Positions 1-13,819 of a stretch of DNA of 64,000 nucleotides are shown here, in pieces; positions within the stretch are counted from its first letter, which is position 1, and each line of letters starts with the position of its first letter. Source of the DNA: Sphaerodactylus townsendi. Its lineage: Eukaryota. The DNA is taken from NCBI RefSeq assembly GCF_021028975.2, contig NC_059432.1, positions 72,416,001 through 72,480,000 on the forward strand, in the 5' to 3' direction. The translations under genes were made by a program, and so were the position numbers. The notes under the pieces are model-generated. The model searched no databases, had not been told where the DNA came from, and worked only from the letters and a program-made list of their open reading frames with translations.

Positions 1-628
1 CATTTTATTTCATTTTTATCCAGAAAATCAGATACTGAGTTATCTGAAAAAGGAGACATGCAATGAACCAATGGAACGTGCCAATTCACAAAAGGACTTG
101 ATTGATTATCAAGGGGATAAATAAACTAATTTGAACAGTTAGGCAAATTCATTGCATGTGCATCTTCCTTAGCCACTGTTTTCTTTCTGCCTGGCTGTTG
201 TAGGATAGACTTATTTTGTTAAGGTGCTGAGAATTCTGGTCATTAATAGGCAGAGGGGGAATTACTGTGCTGCTGTAGCTGCCACATGGTGCCCAGAAGG
301 GCAGGCCATCACAGGCCAGCAGGCATGGACCAATGAGGAGGCTGAGGTGGGCGGAACCAGTGGCACACGGCCATCTATGGCCATGCAAGGCAGACCTCTG
401 CCTTTTTGCTCAGCCTACCTTGCATCTTCATGGATGTTCGCCTGCTAGGCTTGAGGGCCACGGAAAGACTTGGAGAGACTCGGAAGCCTCCTCCACTCAG
501 ATCTTTCCATCAGCATTCAGCTGGCTCTTGAGTCTTTGCAGCACCAATCAGAGGGACAACCAGGCTGCTGGGTGGCAGTGGCACACTCCAACAGGTATAT
601 ATACTCCACTTGCTTTCCTACTATCAGA

Positions 629-671
629 TCCTCTGAAGATGCCAGCCACAGATGCAGGCGAAACGTCAGGA
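629..671 (+). ncRNA. Minimal type I hammerhead ribozyme within a Penelope-like retroelement end (~530-725)
   Basis: tcct-CTGAAGA-t-gcc...ggc-GAAA-c-GTC-agga: both conserved core boxes, stem I, stem II, palindromic ACGT in place of stem III, GUC triplet. Confidence 0.75.
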
Positions 672-2060
672 GAGAATGCTACTAGAACACAGCCATACAG
701 CCCGGAAACCACACAGCACCCCAGTATAAGGCAAACCCTTCATACTTGTACATAAAACTGCTTCTTTCTTTATTACCGATATTAACTTCTATCCTATTAC
801 TCCAGTAATCTATTACTTGTTTTACAACCAGTAATCAAAAGTGTCAAGAGGAAAACAATATTGCAACTAACACTTGGCAGTTGGTTTATACAGATCTTAC
901 TTTAAAATACTCACCCCTGTCCTATTTTTTCATATCTGGTATATTTTTTCTTGGGATCTCCTATACTTACAATAGTTCCTAAAAAAATCCATATACAATA
1001 TTAAAAACCAACCAAGATAATCAGCACACAGTTGCCACTGATTTGGGAAGCTGCATTACCAACTTTAATGGAAAAGAAATTCATAATTGTTACCCAACAT
1101 CATATTTATTTTTCAGTACTGAGAAACTGATCTAACCATTTCTAAAGGCCACGAATCACTAATTCAGTCCTTGCAATGCTTAAAAAACTTCACATATTTT
1201 ATGACAGTAATCCATGTAACACCTCTGAATGGTAGGTTAATATTATACCCATATTGCAGATGAAGTCTGAGCCTGAGAGGTAGGCAAATCACTCTCAGCT
1301 TCAGAACCCCCACCCCACCCCACTGTGAATTTGTTGTTGCGTTAAGATTTGAAACAGTAGTCTTCTAGAACACTCTTAGCCACTATACTATTAAACTTCA
1401 CCAGCTCTTGTAAGAATCTCCATTTACTTGTACTTTACGTCACAATATGATTTGTAGACATATAACCACTGTAGCATTCTGAAGATAGCTTTTGCCTATA
1501 GGACATGTTCCAATTTTAAGCCTATAGGCACTTTTGGAATTCTGAAAAAGGGTGATGGTTACTACTATAAAATGGCTGTCATCATCAGCAATAGCCTCCC
1601 TCATATTTTTAAATTAACTACCAACTGCATAAAAAACAAAAGATTGCATATTTTTGTAGCAGTCTAAGAAAAAATTCAGATAATAACGTAATTGGCCAAG
1701 CTTCCCAACATTTAAATAAATAGGTGGCCCTTAATTACCACCTATAAGTACATATGAAATCAGGAGACATAATCGAGGAATTCAATGGAGGCTAATACTG
1801 AGCCTGTGGACTACAGATGTTATGAATGTATTATGAAAGTATTTTGGATATGGCAGGTACTAGAAGGGTAGACTGTGTTTGCCTGGCTAAATCTGGCACC
1901 AGAGAAGTGCTTACAATTACTATGAAGAAAACATGGAGCAAAGAATTTAACTAGAAAGGTCAAGTGACGATTCATCACCCAGAATTCTCAGAACATACAA
2001 CTCCAGGCTGATCAAGGTCTCTATCTCCATTTAAATTGTTTGTTTAAAATTTCAACTTAC

Positions 2061-2190
2061 TTAGCTTTTCCATGATCTCTTCATCTGACATTTTAGTTTT
2101 CTTTTTCTGCTTATCAGCTAATTTTGCAGCATTGTCACCTGAGTCACCAGATGGTGCTGGGATGGGATCGATTACTGACCGTGTGTAAAT
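2061..2190 (-). CDS. PAK2: PAK2 exon 7; gene continues beyond window start (kinase exons absent)
   Basis: IYTRSVIDPIPAPSGDSGDNAAKLADKQKKKTKMSDEEIMEKL; AG/GTAAG boundaries, 130 nt. Confidence 0.97.
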
Positions 2191-2819
2191 CTGTAGAAAA
2201 AGATAATTATTAGCTATCCCAAATTGTTAAGGCTTCTGGGAACAGGCTTATCTTTTTTGGTCAACATGTACCAAACACTAGTAGATTTTGTTGACTAATG
2301 TGGGACTATCATGAGTTTTGCAAGTGTTAGGATTTTTTTCAAAGACAATTGACCTTACAAAACTCCTTTATTTTTTGCTGTGCTACAAATTCTATCAAGA
2401 CTTGAGGTTTCCCATGAATAGGGTAAAAAAGAGTTTCCTAAATTATTGTGGCCGTTTGCAGATTTCACAGCACACAGAACAACACAAGTACAACAATGTT
2501 ATATCCAGTACAATACTACATTAGCACTTTTTTGTTCCAAATTAACAAAAAATTGTCCAGTATTTCCAAATTCTAGAAACAAGTACTCAGGACAGGCTCT
2601 GTCCCTAGCGCTCAGAAAATGCCACAAATACATGATCAGGTAGGTCAGTAGCCAATGTAAAATCTGGAGATTGAGACAGAAAAGTAAGCAGCTTAAGGTC
2701 ACTGAGGAAATTCTGGCAAAACTGAGATCTGAACTAGATGCTTGCTAATTTATAGGATATCTGCAAGAGAGCTACACAATGATCAGAGCAGTAAGAGAAA
2801 TGATAAAACTGCAACTAAC

Positions 2820-2921
2820 TGATTTTGTATGATCTGGCCGTGGAGCAATAACTGGAGGGGCAGCTTCATCATCCTCTTCTTCTTCAGTTGTTGTGGAAGG
2901 CTCTGATCCTTTTGCATTCGG
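2820..2921 (-). CDS. PAK2: PAK2 exon 6 (acidic stretch and PIX-binding motif)
   Basis: PNAKGSEPSTTTEEEEDDEAAPPVIAPRPDHTKS; AG/GT boundaries, 102 nt. Confidence 0.96.
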
Positions 2922-3289
2922 CTGTAAGAATTTTTAATAAGAAGAAAATAAAATAAATTAAGCGCTGTTATTGAGTTCATAGAAAATTCGCCATAAAATA
3001 TATGCTAAAACAGTAACACTGCACACTACAACGGAGTTCAGAATACTGTATGCCATTTCAGTTGTTAGCAGCCCTAAACTGACATTTGGGATGCCTGCAC
3101 CAGTGTTGCCCGAGCCATCCATTTTTAATGTGTTGAATCTTAAGGTTGCATAGGGCCTATATTAGTAGAGTTCTGGGTACACAAGTAAAAATCACAGAAA
3201 CTGTGCAACACAAAATAGAGGCATACGTTTTGAGCTTGTACATCCTCTGTTCTGTGCATGCAGACCCCTTTGCAACCATGAAACCCATG

Positions 3290-3551
3290 GCATAAGAAAG
3301 AGCCTGCTGGATCCATCTAGTCCAGCACTCTGCTACTCGCAGCGGCCCACCAGATGCCTTTGGGAGCTCACATGCAGGACGTGAAAGCAATGGCCTTCTG
3401 CTGCTGCTGCTCCCGAGCACCTGGTCTGCTAAGGCATTTCCAATCTCAAATCAAGGAGGATCAAGATTGGTAGCCATAGATCGACTTCTCCGCCATAAAT
3501 CTATCCACGCCCAATTTAAAGCTATCCAGGTTAGTGGCCATCACCACCTCA
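3290..3551 (-). mobile_element. CR1 3'UTR fragment
   Basis: Close match to 47430-47690. Confidence 0.85.
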
Positions 3552-4348
3552 TATGATGGCATAAATGGGAATCAATAAATAATAAATACAAAATGGGGCA
3601 ATCACAATTACACGCCTTGCACACATTTTGACTAACTACACAAGACTAATATTATGTTCATTTAAAAAAATCAAGAACGTCCAATAGTCCGAATTTTTAA
3701 ACAATTTGTTTGGACATCAAATATTTACGAACATTGGTATGCATATAACTATAAGCTCTGATCACCGCTGATACCTCTAATACTAGAAGTGTGGCCTAGA
3801 AAGAATAACGGTTTAACTATAATTAAGTACATTCACTCCTGTCTTTTCAGTGACGTGCACCTGCTTTGAGACTTGCATACAGAAAAGGCCTTCACCATCT
3901 TTCCAGGTGACATCCCTGAGTCATCAGGGAAGGTCATCACATGTACTAGGGTACTTACTGCATGATGCCAAGCTGCAGACTAGCAAAACTGATCTCATAG
4001 CAGACACAGTTTCAAATAAATGAGTACCACAAAGCAATTCAACACCACAGAAATTACCTGTGTATTGTAAAATGCCACACATACATCTATATAATGGGCC
4101 CACTCTCTACCTTATATGTTCTTTAGGTAACTGTCAAAGATGTTCTCGTCATAACTAACCATTCAATCCTATCTGCTATTGAGCTCCAGATAAGATGTGG
4201 CTGTGAATTAGTTTACAATGTAATGCTTAGCATTACATGTTTGATGAACTACAGCAATATTGTCTGTGCCAAGTTGCTACTATAGAGGAATGTTATGGGA
4301 CTGCGTCAAGCAAAAGAGTACTCATTAAGGAATAATGAGTCCACTTAC

Positions 4349-4380
4349 CGCAGGCACTCCTGATGGGAAGCCATCTTTGT
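4349..4380 (-). CDS. PAK2: PAK2 exon 5 (32-nt micro-exon)
   Basis: (D)KDGFPSGVPA; ctctctcctag acceptor and GTAAG donor; phase 1 to 0. Confidence 0.95.
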
Positions 4381-5439
4381 CTAGGAGAGAGAGAGATTTC
4401 AAAATTATGTCAAACATTCCCATCAAGATATTTTAAACTGTCTGTTATATGGGAACATTGAAATATCTGAAAAGTGTTGAGACCAGAGCACACTTACTGC
4501 AGAGGTGTTCCTGAAGACTCTTACTCCAAAGGTGGGGGTTAAATTGAAATGAAGCTATGGATACTCTAGCCTTCTTTCACAAGCTAAGTTCAATGTGTCA
4601 GCTTTCATCTCAAATTACTATACAACTATACTACATTGTCTCAGTTTTTCTGCATACAACTTCTGCATCAAAACTATGAGCTGATGCTAGAAAGTAAAAT
4701 GGTCTTATAACATGAAGTAAAATCGATATAAAATATTTCATCTGTGGGAATTTAAAATAAAAGAAAGACACCTGCCTTATCATTTATCAATATTTAGAAC
4801 AAGAATGGACCCTGAATTTTAATTTGCATGACTGCATCTGGGGCCAAATGTCAGTGCTTTTTTTTGACAGCATGCTGAGTGAGATTTGCAGATTAAAAAC
4901 TCAATTGAAATGTAGGATGATTTCAGGACTCTAAAGTTCCTTGCATCCTACATCAGAAATTACTGATGTATATCTTTCTGAACACCAAGGTAATTTAGGA
5001 AATATTTAGGATTCCATATGCTTTACATGGGTAAGAAATTGCACAGTCCTATTATCAACAGCAGCACACTAGGTTTCAGAGACATTAAAATGTATTTACG
5101 CTGCTTCAAGTATCTTTACACTGGGCATTTATCCATCCAGTAAACAAGGGAAACCAAAGTAATGTATCAGCATTTATAAATGCAACTCACACTGAGCTAA
5201 ATTTAGTTTGATCGCAAAAAAATCTAAAGAGCAAAACAACATATAGTTCTTCAAATGGATAAATCTTCACATTCATATCTAACTACTTAACACCTTGCCA
5301 AAGCTGCTAAACTCTTGTAAGTCAGATCACAGCACACAAACCTTTTCTCAAACCTCAAGAAAGCATATAATTAATAAATGATCTGTGCTCAAGGAAAGCC
5401 AGAGTAAATAGAGTTTAGTGGTTGAAGGTATAAAAACAG

Positions 5440-5735
5440 ACAGAAGGCTGAATAGAGGATAGAAGGGCATTCCATACTAGTGAATTGCAAGGGGAAAGGA
5501 TCACAGAGAGTACAAGGGTATCAACTTCCATTGAAATTGATGGGCAGTAGGATTGACAAAAAGAAATACTGAACTTCTTTACTTAAAATGTGGAATCTGC
5601 TACCACAGGGTGTAGGGGTGGGATCGGTGGGATTAGACAGATTCATAAAGATCTATCAGTGACTACTAGCCATGGTGACTCAAGAGGCAGTAAACCTTTA
5701 AATATCAGTCCCAGCAACATGAGGGAAAGGCCTTT
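5440..5735 (+). mobile_element. Old CR1 3' fragment
   Basis: Degenerate CR1 ORF2 end and 3'UTR (ggattagacagattcat...ggactactagccatggtgac). Confidence 0.6.
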
Positions 5736-7088
5736 ATGCCTTGTTGGCCCTCCAAAGTAACTGGTTATTGAGTTGCACAAGAGTCAGGTTCGGCTGGCCG
5801 CCACTAGGGCCAGGGCTTTTTCGGCCCTGGCCACCTGATGGAATGAGTTTCCAGCTGAGATCAGGGCCCTGCAGGACATTTGTGAGTTCCGCAGGGCCTG
5901 TAAGACTGAGCTTTTCCGCCAGGCTTTTATATCGTGCCAGCCGGCCTGACTGAAACATCGCTGCCTCCCATGAGTGTCTGGTTAGGGTTTTATCGCCATT
6001 TGTCTTTTTATTGTTATTGTGAATGTTTTTAAATTAAACTGTTTGGCCCAGGCACCAGAACTCCAGAAGTTTGAAAGTATCTGAGGGAATAAACAGTTTT
6101 AAGAACCTTTCCTGATTATCCAAATAGCACTGTTTGCATGCTGAGGCCCATGGGCCAATGGCAGCTTTCTTTTTCCTTTCCATCTCTCTGCAATGGTGCA
6201 AAAAACTCCCCCTGCAGAAATGCATGCCAGACACTGGCTGGGAGAGAATCTCCAGATAGATCTCCCATTTGTTGCCCTGGAAACCAACCCACAGGGCATG
6301 TAGAGCAGACTTCCAAGGCAGGAAGACTGCAGCCAGACCTGCTTCAGTAATGCAGGAAAGGTGGGCTTTAAGTAGCCTGACCCCCAGAAAGCTCACAAGA
6401 GACACCCTGAAAAGGGAAGGGGGGATTCTCTGATTTGAAAAAAAAAACCAAGCCTGTTTAAAGGGACTCAAAGCAGCTAGCCATTGTGGAAGAGTTGCTT
6501 TAAATTTTAACTGGTCAAAACATGATAACCTGAATAGCAGTTCAGGTTATTGTGTTTTTAAAGTATTTGGCTCTGGAGGTTTTGCGCGCCTTAGTATTTG
6601 GAGCAGATTTAAACCTGGAAAATGCTGAATAGGGCTTTTTTCAAAAAAATTTCCCCAGATTCAGCATTACTGAATCAGCAAGCCTAGTATGCAGTCCTTT
6701 GGATCAGGGTTCAGACTAGAGTGCTACCTCTTGGCCACAGATCCCCTTGATACCTTCTTAACTTCCACCTGGGTACTCTTAACATAACAGGCCCAGTTTT
6801 CCAGCTCTTTTTCCCATGGGCTGTGATGGGTTTTCCAGGCTGTGCGGCCATGGCCTAGCAATTTTTGATCCTAACGTTCGCCATGTATCTATGGCAGGCA
6901 ATTTCTGTGTCTCTTTTTCACATATTTATATCATATCAATTATCAGCAGTTTTTTTCAGTTTTCCATACACACCTGACTTTGCAGAACTTCATTACGTGT
7001 TACGCATCACATTTAGAGGGTTTTTACCACTGATCAAAAGCAGTCTGAATTTTCCCATGAATTTGCCCCTAGTATACTCAAGTCGCAC

Positions 7089-7239
7089 CTGTAGCAGATA
7101 AGCTGAGATACTTCTGTTTTGCTGTGTCTTTAGAATCATAGAACTTCAACACATCTAATACGGCCTGAGGGTTCTTCTTTTGTTCTAGCTTGGTGATATT
7201 TGAGGTTTGTAGCAGCCGAGCCCACTGCTCTGGCATTCC
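7089..7239 (-). CDS. PAK2: PAK2 exon 4 (autoinhibitory domain)
   Basis: [50 protein letters not shown]; AG/GT boundaries, 151 nt. Confidence 0.97.
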
Positions 7240-7573
7240 CTGAAAACAAAAGAAAAAATGTACAATATGTTACTTCTGAATTTATGATAGTTTATAATCA
7301 CAGGTTAAGAGTTCAATCACTGGCTCAAATGCCAATATGTGATGCAAAAAAAGACAAAATAATCAGTTTCTTCTTGATGTTCACTCTGTTGGTACGCTGA
7401 AGAAAGCAGCATTGGGCATCCTCCACCCCACAGCATTGAGATTTTGTACAGAGTCTATTTTAATTTTTAAATTTAATCAACTACAAACAGGGCTTTGATT
7501 TTTCTGCAAATATCCTATACAAGTAATTGGGAGAAATTTTTGTGTTTCAGTGGCGAAAAATGAAAACCTTCTA

Positions 7574-7825
<252 letters not shown>

Positions 7826-10165
7826 CTACATAGTCCCTTGATAAATCTTGACAGATTAGACATAATGGGCTCCCTTACAAGCAAAAAACCTTAAGATTTT
7901 CAGATATGTACTTTTACTTTCGATTGGGTTTTTTAAACAACGTTATTTTTTCTTCATATCTGGCATAAGAGTACCTTCAAAAGGAATGGAAATAGTTTTT
8001 CTAACCTTTATGACATGTGTTGATATTTCGCTGGACTATCTGTCTCCATACTTGCATTTCAAACCAGAAAGTGACCATCTGAAACTGGTTTCTACACGTC
8101 AGCTCACATAAATATAATGTTTTGAAAGCAAGTATATTTGAAACCTATACTTTTCAGCTCAGGTCTAAGCTTACAATTAAGTGAGCAGCTAAAGACTATA
8201 ATGATACATATAAAGCAGGGTAAAAAGGTAAATACTCTTCCTTTTTCTTGGTCATTTTCTTCAAAACATTTAGCTAATTTTCGCAAATCCCTTTCATATC
8301 CACCAACCCTCAAAATAACCCTACACGCTTCAAATAGCACAGACTAGTAACACAATTACACTAATCTTACTCAAAAGTTTAGAAACATTGAGTTTAGAAA
8401 CATTTAGTAATACAAAAGTTTGTGCATCTGATCTGTAGCAATGGCTCCTATTTCTTCTGGAGGGCCCCTTAAAGATCACTGACATTGCAACTGCTTTTTA
8501 CGCACAACATGCTAGATTCAATCTCCAGCATCTCCTGTTAAAGGATCTGTGACGGCAGAGCTGACAAGTACCCCTGATCTGAGATTTCCATTAGAAGTTG
8601 CTAGTCAAATGCTAAATCATTCTTAGTATAAGGTGCCTTCATATGTTACAACTCTTGTTTTAACAATCCTGGCAGAATGTATCCAAACCTGTTGTGCTCA
8701 GCTGCCCTTTAATTCCATAAGCAGTGCGTGGAGCGACTTCTCTTTCCAACCTCAGCTGGAAAAGAGAAACTTGCTGCAGATATCCTGCAGATTCAGAATC
8801 CACTATTACAGACGTGCAAATTACACCATCCATCTCCTCCTTCATGGACAGATAGTCAGTCCCAAAGTGCTGTGTCCAGAGGAGATCTTCAAAGAGGGGC
8901 AAATTACTGCCCCCAGTCTTTTGAGCGCAGGAAAATGGTAAAGAGGCAACTTCCCCCCCATACCATTATTCCAAACTCAGTCAGGCTTCTGGAGTTCTAA
9001 AAATGCCTTTTCCCACAGCTGCTCTGTGACTGCTGGTCTGGAGAACCCAGATCAACCAAGTAAAAAATGTAACATGTAGTTTGGCCTTGGGCTACAGGGT
9101 TCCACATGAAAGGATGTCCACTGACTGGCTAGACTGATCCTCCAGTTATTTAAAAGACTGCTATGCCATCTTTCCATCAAATTCAGGTTCACCAGGGCAG
9201 TAAACTTTAAAATAAAACATTAAAACTTTTGAGACATTAAAAAGGCCTTTAAAATAAAAATACATAAGATAGTTAAGCAATCAAATAAACACAAAACAAA
9301 TAAATACACCAACACACAAAGACCTAATGAGCAGCCAGAGGCAGAAAAGCCTGAATGTTAATTCCTCACAGAGCCTGGGTGTATGAGTGACAGGCTGGAA
9401 GTAGGTGGAGTTTTAGAAGAAGTTAGAGCTTCTGACAGGATTAGAAAGAATTCAACTCTGGGTTCCAGAGAGAATCATTTTTAGTGTCTGTGAAAGACCT
9501 GTAGTGTTGGTGAGAAGAGAGTCCTGGGGGAAAGTGTCCCTACTCTAGCCAAGGAGGGAATTTACTTCTAGGGAGAAAAAAATTCTAGCACAGGTTCACA
9601 GAGCAAAGCTAGTTCATTCACTTGACAGAACTGAATGAACTGAAAGTGAAAGAGTTGGTATCACAGGAGTATTAACTAGTCAGAAGGAAAATTTACACCC
9701 CAGGTGAGAAAAGAATTCCCTCCCCTAATTCTTTAGAAGGATTTACTTCCAATGCTGTGAAGTGACTCTAAGGTTTGGGATGACTGAAGAGAAAGGGAGC
9801 TGGGAGAATACTCCTTCCTATATAGTTCATATGGCACCAGAGTTAACACATGAACACTGAGTGCTACCTTGGGTTAAATCTGTGAAATATCTTGAAAGTC
9901 TTATCATATTTTAAAGCAACTGCGATCAACTGAAATCTTAGCAATCTGCCAAGGACCATTTGTGCTGAACTATGAAAAAAACCCTTCATACTTGTATATA
10001 AATCTGCTTCTTTCTTTATTACCAATATTCCTTCCTATCCTATTAACCTGAAGTGTTTAATAAAATTCTACTATTTATTTGTGAAACTTTAAAAAGCTTC
10101 TTGTGTGGGTATGTGAGGTAAAAAACAGAGAAAGTGTTCCATAAACTGGTTCATTTATTTTAAAG

Positions 10166-10400
10166 NNNNNNNNNNNNNNNNNNNNNNNNNNNNNNNNNNN
10201 NNNNNNNNNNNNNNNNNNNNNNNNNNNNNNNNNNNNNNNNNNNNNNNNNNNNNNNNNNNNNNNNNNNNNNNNNNNNNNNNNNNNNNNNNNNNNNNNNNNN
10301 NNNNNNNNNNNNNNNNNNNNNNNNNNNNNNNNNNNNNNNNNNNNNNNNNNNNNNNNNNNNNNNNNNNNNNNNNNNNNNNNNNNNNNNNNNNNNNNNNNNN
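10166..10400. other. Assembly gap (235 N)
   Basis: Run of N. Confidence 1.
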
Positions 10401-11438
10401 CAGATCAGAAGAAAAGAAGATCTTAGGAGAATTAGGGAACATTCTTTGCCTCTGGATACAAGAGCATGGGAATTCTATCCCTCGTGATCTCCTGCCTTTA
10501 CAAGGGCTAGTAAGAATTAGTGAGGGAATGCCAAGCAAAACAAAAAAGTCTTCGTCCACTGGCGAGAAGACAATGATAGAGGGAAATAGACAAATACCCC
10601 TGGGGAGGGAGTTCCAAAGTTTTGTTGTCATGACCAAGAAGGGCCTTTCTTAAGTTACCATCTATCTAGCCTCAGATGGTGGGGCACCTAAAGCCAGGCA
10701 TCTGAAGATGACGTGAATGGTCAGGTAAGTTCAGGAAATAGGCAGCTTTTCAAGTATACTGATCCCAAACAATATAAGGCTTTACAGGTTTATTCCAGAA
10801 CCCTGAATTGGTCCCGGAAACAAACTGGAGCCAGTGTAGATAGAACATGGCAGGAATAATGTGGTCCCTTTCCAGCCTAGGAATGGCCATAGCTGGATCA
10901 GCAGCTGAAGCAGATAAAAAGAGCCGCTCACCACCTGTTTATCAAACACAACACCCGGGCCCAGCAGCAACCTCAAGCTACAAACTTGTTTCTTTGGGGG
11001 ACACAAGATAGAGCTAAGTGTCATCTGCAATTCAGCCCAAATCTCTGGATGACCTCTCCCTCACAGAGAAGCAGGAAGTAGCTCTGCTTTGTTCATCTAC
11101 TCAGGCATATTCAGCAGAGTTCCTTCCCCCCAATTCCTGAGACACACAAAAAGCAGACACATACCAAAACGTTTCCGATGCATTCGCCCTGCTGAGGGAA
11201 CCATGATGGAGCTGGCTGTCACTTCTCTCTTTCAGTCCCTCTCTGTGCTATACGGAAAGCACACAAAGACAGAAGCAGCCAGCCCACCATCGCATATGCA
11301 ACACAGGAAGTCAACTTCCCAGACTTCAGTGTTGAATTTCAATGCAAGAAAAAAGACACGGCCATCACAAGCATTAGGCAACTTTTCTTCCTGGCAAAAA
11401 GGAACCGTGTCTCGAAGCCACAAAACACTCCATCTTAC

Positions 11439-11625
11439 CTTTCTCAGTGCCGGAGAAAATAGAGATGATTTTGTTCCTAGGTTTCTTCTCTTCGGGCACA
11501 GAAGGCAGGGGTTTCAAGCTATGATTAGCACACAACGGGTCTTTGCCTCCTGAACTGAAAATAGTACTGCTCATCCGAACAGGTGGTGCTGGGGGCTTGT
11601 CTTCAAGTTCTCCGTTGTCAGACAT
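11439..11625 (-). CDS. PAK2: PAK2 first coding exon (exon 2; whole exon 11439-11649 including 5'UTR)
   Basis: Translates MSDNGELEDKPPAPPVRMSSTIFSSGGKDPL...IISIFSGTEK, the PAK2 N-terminus; polypyrimidine+AG acceptor at 11650-11651, GTAAG donor at 11434-11438; 187 coding nt, phase 1. Confidence 0.98.
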
Positions 11626-13819
11626 GATACTTAATGGCTAGACAACACACTGAAATGAAAAAGAAACACATTTAGTCTGTACAAATACATCAGTGTAATA
11701 CAACCATCTTACATCTTGTTTTCTCTCCTCTCCTCTTCAATCTCTATGCCAGAGTCAATGCTTTGCCATCTAAAATTTTCTATGGAAGATATCAAGATGT
11801 TGCATATTCAGACAGGCACTGTCCTTGCATATTCAGACAGGCACTGAAACTATTCTGCATGCTTTGTTTTACTGTCCCTTTTATTTGGAAATTCAAACAA
11901 ATACTTATTTCTTTTAGTAAACAGGACAGGGCTTTACGATTCTGCAAAGCTGTTTCTTCTCTGGAATAATTCCAATCTTGAAATGAGTGGGAAAGCAGTG
12001 AAGGTTTTGCAAGACACTATAAAGCTGCATCAAGATAAGACTGGGAGATAAATTGTTGTTTATTTTATCTGTAATGTGTGATTATGGCTTACTCTTAATT
12101 TTGCTTATAGTTTGATCATAATTATTTAGTATGTTGTATATGCCAATAAAAGTTTTCAGTCTTTTCTGTCAATCTGTGTCTTACACCTCTAAAATTATTC
12201 TAGGGGAAACAGACTTGAACAAGCTCAAGGACACTGTGAGCACATAAGATGAAGAACTTAGGGGTCCCAGACTTGGATGATATGTGTTTCCCTTCTCCAG
12301 AGTTATGTATATGCAATCTTTCCATTATTCTACAAGACATCATTGGATGGACACACAAGATTTTTCTCACCCTACTGCAAAATGAAAGGCAGCAGCCTTG
12401 TGAGGGTCCTTTGAAAAAAATGAACTGAAGACTGAGGGATACCTTGCAGTTTAGTATCTTAATTTCCGTGTTAACATTTTTTTACAACCGGCAGGGGGCT
12501 AAAAGCTGATTTATTCCCCAAGGCTTACAAAGTCTTGTAGCCAAAGCAAACTTTTTAATCACACTTCCAATTGCCAATCAGTAGCCCTGCTGGGCCAAAG
12601 CCCCACCCAGCCCCATCATTTTCTAAAAGCACTTGGTAGTCTCCAGGAAAGATGTTGGTAGGGGCTATAGTATCCATATGCATCACATTGGGGGCCCTGA
12701 ATAAAACAAAGGGCATATTCTAAGCTCAGTAGGGATACCATTTTTTCTGGTATTTTTTGGATTTTAGCCTGAAAGTTTCCAGAAAAGCCAAAAAAAGCCA
12801 AATAGCCTTACCAATAAATGGGGTTTTCTTGCTTTTTTTCCCAGATATCCAAAAATGTCCAGCTCCATTAAAAACCATGGGCTCTGGGGACAGTTCTGGG
12901 CTTTGGGGACAGTTTTCAAGGTAGAGGGACCAAATATGCAGCATTGTTGCAGGTGAGTCTCCTTAGAACCCCCAAGTTTGGTAAAGGAGATGCCCCATCT
13001 ATCCAATGAAGTTTTCAATTGATTCTGAAAGATTAATGATACCCCATTCTGAATGCATTTTCTCAATGGACCAGAAAGACTGAAATAACATTTGCTGTTC
13101 CTTAACTTGTTTCTTGTTTTGGTACGCAAGGTCTGTCTAGTTCTTGCATATGAAGGAATGTGAAGCAGAAGATTTATAAATTATACTGGAATTCTAATTA
13201 ACTAATACTGCAGATTGCCTAAAAGGTACCTAAAATAATATTTCAAAATGTTGCCTTGAAAACATTGTAAGATAGAATAGTTTAGATGACTGTTCATTTT
13301 CTTAAACTGTTCAACTTTCCCATCCAAAAAACTAAAAATGATAGAAAGTTTCCTGTATCCCTCCTAATCATTCACCTGAGAATCTGTCTTTCCTCCCTTT
13401 AATGAACACTTTCTCCCTGCAAACTCATTCATAATTCCCCTGATCCCATCTCACCCAAATCAGTACAAAACCAGGATTAAAAGTTATTTAATACAGGATA
13501 CTGAAATACATTTTAAAAGGCACTTAAGCTCAGAGCAGGAAAATATTGCACTAAATAATAATCTCTCTCCAGTGATTTTAAACTGAACCAATTTGCATTT
13601 TATTCAATCCAGCTGCCATGTTGTATTGAGTACATTCAAACCAGATCATTTCTTCAGAGAGAAGCGATTTAATAATTCCAAAACTCTAGTTCCTTTCCAC
13701 CTAATATTCACTATCAATAAGATGAATACAACCTGTATTTGGTCATGCACCAAAAACAGATTCTGAACTTGCAAAATTCAAAGTAAACTATTTGGTACAA
13801 GAACCCTCAAGGATCTCAT

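Noticed and set aside
10155-10637. 160-aa ORF
   Set aside because: Artefact of reading through the N gap plus an L2-type fragment.
11089-11553. 154-aa plus-strand ORF antisense to PAK2 exon 2
   Set aside because: Non-ATG start, no homology recognised; likely a shadow ORF.
11800-11845. 21-bp direct repeat ttgcatattcagacaggcact upstream of PAK2 exon 2 (similar micro-duplications near 8378 and 60118)
   Set aside because: Ordinary slippage duplications with no evidence of function.
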